The position numbers and the translations under genes are program-made. The notes under the pieces were generated by a model, which worked only from the letters and a program-made list of their open reading frames with translations, was not told the origin of the DNA and made no database searches. From an uncultured Gammaproteobacteria bacterium (GTDB taxonomy: Bacteria; Patescibacteriota; Patescibacteriia; UBA10025; JAHIVO01), in the NCBI GenBank assembly GCA_964628855.1, contig CAZVMV010000007.1, positions 1-59,194 on the forward strand: a stretch of DNA of 59,194 bases. The letters are read 5' to 3'. Positions 56,314-59,194 of this stretch are shown here, one piece after another (the first letter of the stretch is position 1; every line of letters begins with the position of its first letter).

Positions 56314-56754
56314 ATGCCTGACAAGATCAAATTCCAAATCACCACACCCGAACGCGTTGTTTTTGATGACGAGGTGGACGAGGTTATCTTGCCCACCCAA
56401 AACGGCGAGATCGGTATTTTGCCCCACCATATCCCGCTGGTATCGCTATTGGCGGCCGGTGAAATCCGTATCCGCAAAGGGCAGGACATGACGTTCATGG
56501 CAGTCTCCGGCGGTTTTATCCAGGTCAAGCAAAAACAGGTGATCGTCCTGGCTGACACGGCCGAGCGTGAGGATGAGATAGACGAACAACGGGCCGAGGA
56601 GGCGCGCCAGAAGGCGAAGGAATTATTGACGACCAAGCATGCGGAGGCTGCCGATTTTGCCGCCGTGACCGCCAAACTGGAAAAAGAGTTGGCCAGGCTC
56701 AAAGTGGCCAAACGCCGCCGGACACCTAGGGAGCCGCGTCTGCCTCAATCGTAA
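56314..56754 (+). CDS. atpC: ATP synthase F1 subunit epsilon
   Basis: ITTPERVVF...GEIGILPHH.PL, AVSGGF, VLADTAE. Confidence 0.96.
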   Translation: MPDKIKFQITTPERVVFDDEVDEVILPTQNGEIGILPHHIPLVSLLAAGEIRIRKGQDMTFMAVSGGFIQVKQKQVIVLADTAEREDEIDEQRAEEARQKAKELLTTKHAEAADFAAVTAKLEKELARLKVAKRRRTPREPRLPQS

Positions 56755-56821
56755 TAATATTACGGTCGGAAAGTCTGTTGTTGCCTTTACAATAGGTATA
56801 TAATTATTGTAAAGGAATTTT

Positions 56822-58060
56822 TTGAGTACGTATCAAGTCACCCGTATGCCTTATCTTAGCCAGATCATAAACTCGAAGGTCAGGGACAGTGCCGATATGG
56901 CCGTTGGGAAGCTGGTCGATATCCTGATCATGCCACGGCCAGGCAGTTACCCGCCGCTTGAGTACCTGAAAATCAAAGTCCGACGCAACAATAAAAATAT
57001 TTTTATTCCTTACCGTTACGTGCAGCTGCTCGGCAAGCATGACGTCGTCCTGTCCACGATGCTGGAAAAGATCCAGACACAGGAAACGGTGCCTAATGAG
57101 CTGGTCGGGCTGCAGTATAATGTCCTCGACCAGCAAATAGTCGACGTGGCGGGCATCCGCGTGGTCAGGGTGAATGACGTGCGGTTCGGGACCTTTGAGA
57201 ACCGCATGTGCGTGGTCGGTATCGACGTGAGTTTCCAGGGCTTACTGAGGCGGCTGGGTCTGGAGTGGCTGGATATTTTCGGTTTATTGAAGGCCAACCT
57301 GATCGACTGGCGCCAGGCCAAACTGGTCCATGGCCTGCTGAAATTGAAAACTGAACGTTTGGACATTAACGCGCTCCATCCGGCGGACCTGGCCAATATC
57401 GTGGAGGACCTGAACGTGAAACACGGCAGCCGCCTGATGATCTCCATGGATTCAGAATCTGCCGCCAAGGTTTTTGAGGAGGTTGATCCGCATTTGCAGG
57501 GCATCCTGATGAAATACCTGGACCCGGACCAGTCGGCTAAGATCCTTGAAAAAATGTCAGTCGATGAGATTGTCGACCTGGTGAAGATGATGCCGGCACA
57601 CGAAGCCAAGGCGCTGATGTCTTACCTGCAGGAGACGCAGCGGAGTACCATAAATAAATTATTGCGCTATAAGAGCGACACCGCCGGCGGCCTGATGACC
57701 GTCGAGTATGTCACCGTCCGGCCGGACTGGACCGTGGAACAGGTGATAGAGGAAGTGAAAAAATCCTCGCCAGCCATGACCAATGTCATGTATTTCTACA
57801 TTACCGCTGACGACGGGCATTATTACGGCAAAGCCTCGCTGCGCTGGCTGATAAAGTCTCCACCGGACCAAAAGGTGAAGGATCTACTGGAGCATTATCC
57901 GCCTTCGCCCTCGCTGCGCACTGACATGGAGATCGAGGAAATCGCCAGGATCATGACCAAATATAACTTATTGACTGTGCCGGTTTTGGACGGTGACCGG
58001 CGATTGATTGGTGTCGTAACGATTGATGACGTGATCAGGCGGCTGGTGCCTGACGCTTAA
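56822..58060 (+). CDS. Soluble MgtE-like protein (PRC barrel, MgtE N-terminal domain, CBS pair); no TM domain
   Basis: LDQQIVDVAG.RVVRVNDV, LHPADLANIVEDL, Y..DTAGGLMT.EY, KYNLLTVPV.D....L.GVVTIDDV. TTG start after AAGGA, or ATG at 56846. Confidence 0.88.
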   Translation: MSTYQVTRMPYLSQIINSKVRDSADMAVGKLVDILIMPRPGSYPPLEYLKIKVRRNNKNIFIPYRYVQLLGKHDVVLSTMLEKIQTQETVPNELVGLQYNVLDQQIVDVAGIRVVRVNDVRFGTFENRMCVVGIDVSFQGLLRRLGLEWLDIFGLLKANLIDWRQAKLVHGLLKLKTERLDINALHPADLANIVEDLNVKHGSRLMISMDSESAAKVFEEVDPHLQGILMKYLDPDQSAKILEKMSVDEIVDLVKMMPAHEAKALMSYLQETQRSTINKLLRYKSDTAGGLMTVEYVTVRPDWTVEQVIEEVKKSSPAMTNVMYFYITADDGHYYGKASLRWLIKSPPDQKVKDLLEHYPPSPSLRTDMEIEEIARIMTKYNLLTVPVLDGDRRLIGVVTIDDVIRRLVPDA

Positions 58061-58072
58061 AGGAATTCATCT

Positions 58073-59194
58073 ATGAGGGATAAGTGGCTAATGTGGTGGA
58101 AAAGAATTGTCTTTTTTTTCGGCGTGGTAGGCCCGGGCATCATCTCCGCCAATGCTGATAATGACGCTGGAGGTATTACGACCTACTCCGTCGTCGGCGC
58201 CCATTACGGCACGTCCATGCTGTGGGTGCTGCTTTTGATCACTGTTTCGTTGGCCATCACCCAGGAAATGGGCGTGCGTATCGGCCTGGTTACCCGGCAG
58301 GGACTGGGCGGCGTCATCCGCGAACATTTTGGCGTTCGCTGGACAACATTCGCCATGTTGGGAATGCTGATAGCAAACCTGGGCACCATTACGGCGGAAT
58401 TTGCCGGTGTGGCCGCGGCTTTTTCCATCATCGGGGTTAATAAGTTCATCGCCGTACCCTTGGCCGCGCTGATAGTCTGGTTCGTACTGTACAAGGGTTC
58501 TTTCAAGACTACCCAAAAGATTTTCCTGGTTTTTTCGGCATTCTACATCGTGTACATCATCAACGGTTTTGTCATTAATCCCGAATACGGCCTGGCCCTG
58601 AAACACATGGTGACACCTACGCTACATTGGAATACCACTTTTTTAATAACCATGATCGCCCTGATCGGTACCACTATCACCCCCTGGGGTCAGTTTTTTA
58701 TCCAATCGTACGTAGTCGACAAGGGGCTGAAGATCAGGCACTACCGGGCGGAGAAGGCGGAGGTTTACATCGGCGCTTTCATCACCAACATCGTCAGTTT
58801 TTTCATCATCATCTGCACCGCCGCCACACTGTACAAATATGGGATACAGATTGCCGACGCGAAGGATGCGGCCCTGGCCCTGAAACCTCTTGTGGGAAAT
58901 TTCGCGCAGTCGCTTTTCGCCTTCGGCCTCTTCAGCGCCTCCATGCTCGGGGCTTTTATTTTGCCGACCACCACGTCATACGCCCTGTGCGAAGCTTTCG
59001 GTTGGGAATCCGGATTTGATACCAACTGGAAAAATGGCCGGACATTCTACAGCATCATCTTGGCCTGCATCATCCTGCCGGCGATCGCCGTGCTGGTCCC
59101 GACCATTCCGCTGGTGAAGATCATGATTTTTTCCCAGGACATCAACGGCATCCTGCTGCCCATTATCCTGATTTTCGTCATGCTGATCATCAAC
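58073..59194 (+). CDS. Nramp-family divalent cation transporter, Mg2+-type (NrmT-like); 3' partial, absent from the ORF track
   Basis: Translated by hand: MRDKWLMWWKRIVFFFGVVGPGIISANADNDAGGITTYS..G..YG..MLW...QEMGVRIG.VT..GL; later GTTITPWGQFF; frame open to the window end. Confidence 0.9.
   Translation, partial: MRDKWLMWWKRIVFFFGVVGPGIISANADNDAGGITTYSVVGAHYGTSMLWVLLLITVSLAITQEMGVRIGLVTRQGLGGVIREHFGVRWTTFAMLGMLIANLGTITAEFAGVAAAFSIIGVNKFIAVPLAALIVWFVLYKGSFKTTQKIFLVFSAFYIVYIINGFVINPEYGLALKHMVTPTLHWNTTFLITMIALIGTTITPWGQFFIQSYVVDKGLKIRHYRAEKAEVYIGAFITNIVSFFIIICTAATLYKYGIQIADAKDAALALKPLVGNFAQSLFAFGLFSASMLGAFILPTTTSYALCEAFGWESGFDTNWKNGRTFYSIILACIILPAIAVLVPTIPLVKIMIFSQDINGILLPIILIFVMLIIN

Overview
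Chromosomal window from a reduced-genome bacterium, most likely Patescibacteria/CPR (Parcubacteria-like). This assignment is inferred from a TrbC/VirB2-like CPR pilin, alpha2-type GlyRS, type-2 IleRS, short MetRS, short ATP synthase delta, FG-GAP/DUF11 surface proteins and Shine-Dalgarno (SD)-less initiation. Genetic code is 11 (TGA is a stop). The backbone is housekeeping: smpB-orphan-tmRNA-GIY-YIG-infC(ATT start)-rpmI-rplT-tRNA-Asp, an ECF sigma with a beta-propeller partner, argS, ileS, recO, tgt, a surface-glycosylation cluster, a membrane-anchored Clp ATPase, glyQS, rpsU/rsmI/metG/cvpA/tatD-tatD/rmuC, a complete F1Fo operon and a Mg2+-type Nramp locus. Small self-contained orphan cassettes (sigma70 promoter, strong SD, often their own terminator) are interspersed. 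Features missing from the ORF track that I read from the sequence are tRNA-Asp, tmRNA with a 24-codon tag, a 27-aa hydrophobic ORF, the partial Nramp gene and two candidate structured RNAs. The best leads are: (1) an ~380-nt highly paired RNA with a possible pseudoknot at 16330-16710, (2) rpsU as the only conserved gene with a strong SD, suggesting bS21 autoregulation, (3) a Zn-finger/transmembrane Clp ATPase lacking the NBD1 catalytic Glu, M-domain and ClpP loop, (4) an ACP-like protein without the pantetheine serine, and (5) a 6S-like candidate RNA at 9657-9828. No CRISPR array, integrase, transposase, rRNA or prophage was seen. All family assignments come from motif recognition by eye; no database search was run.
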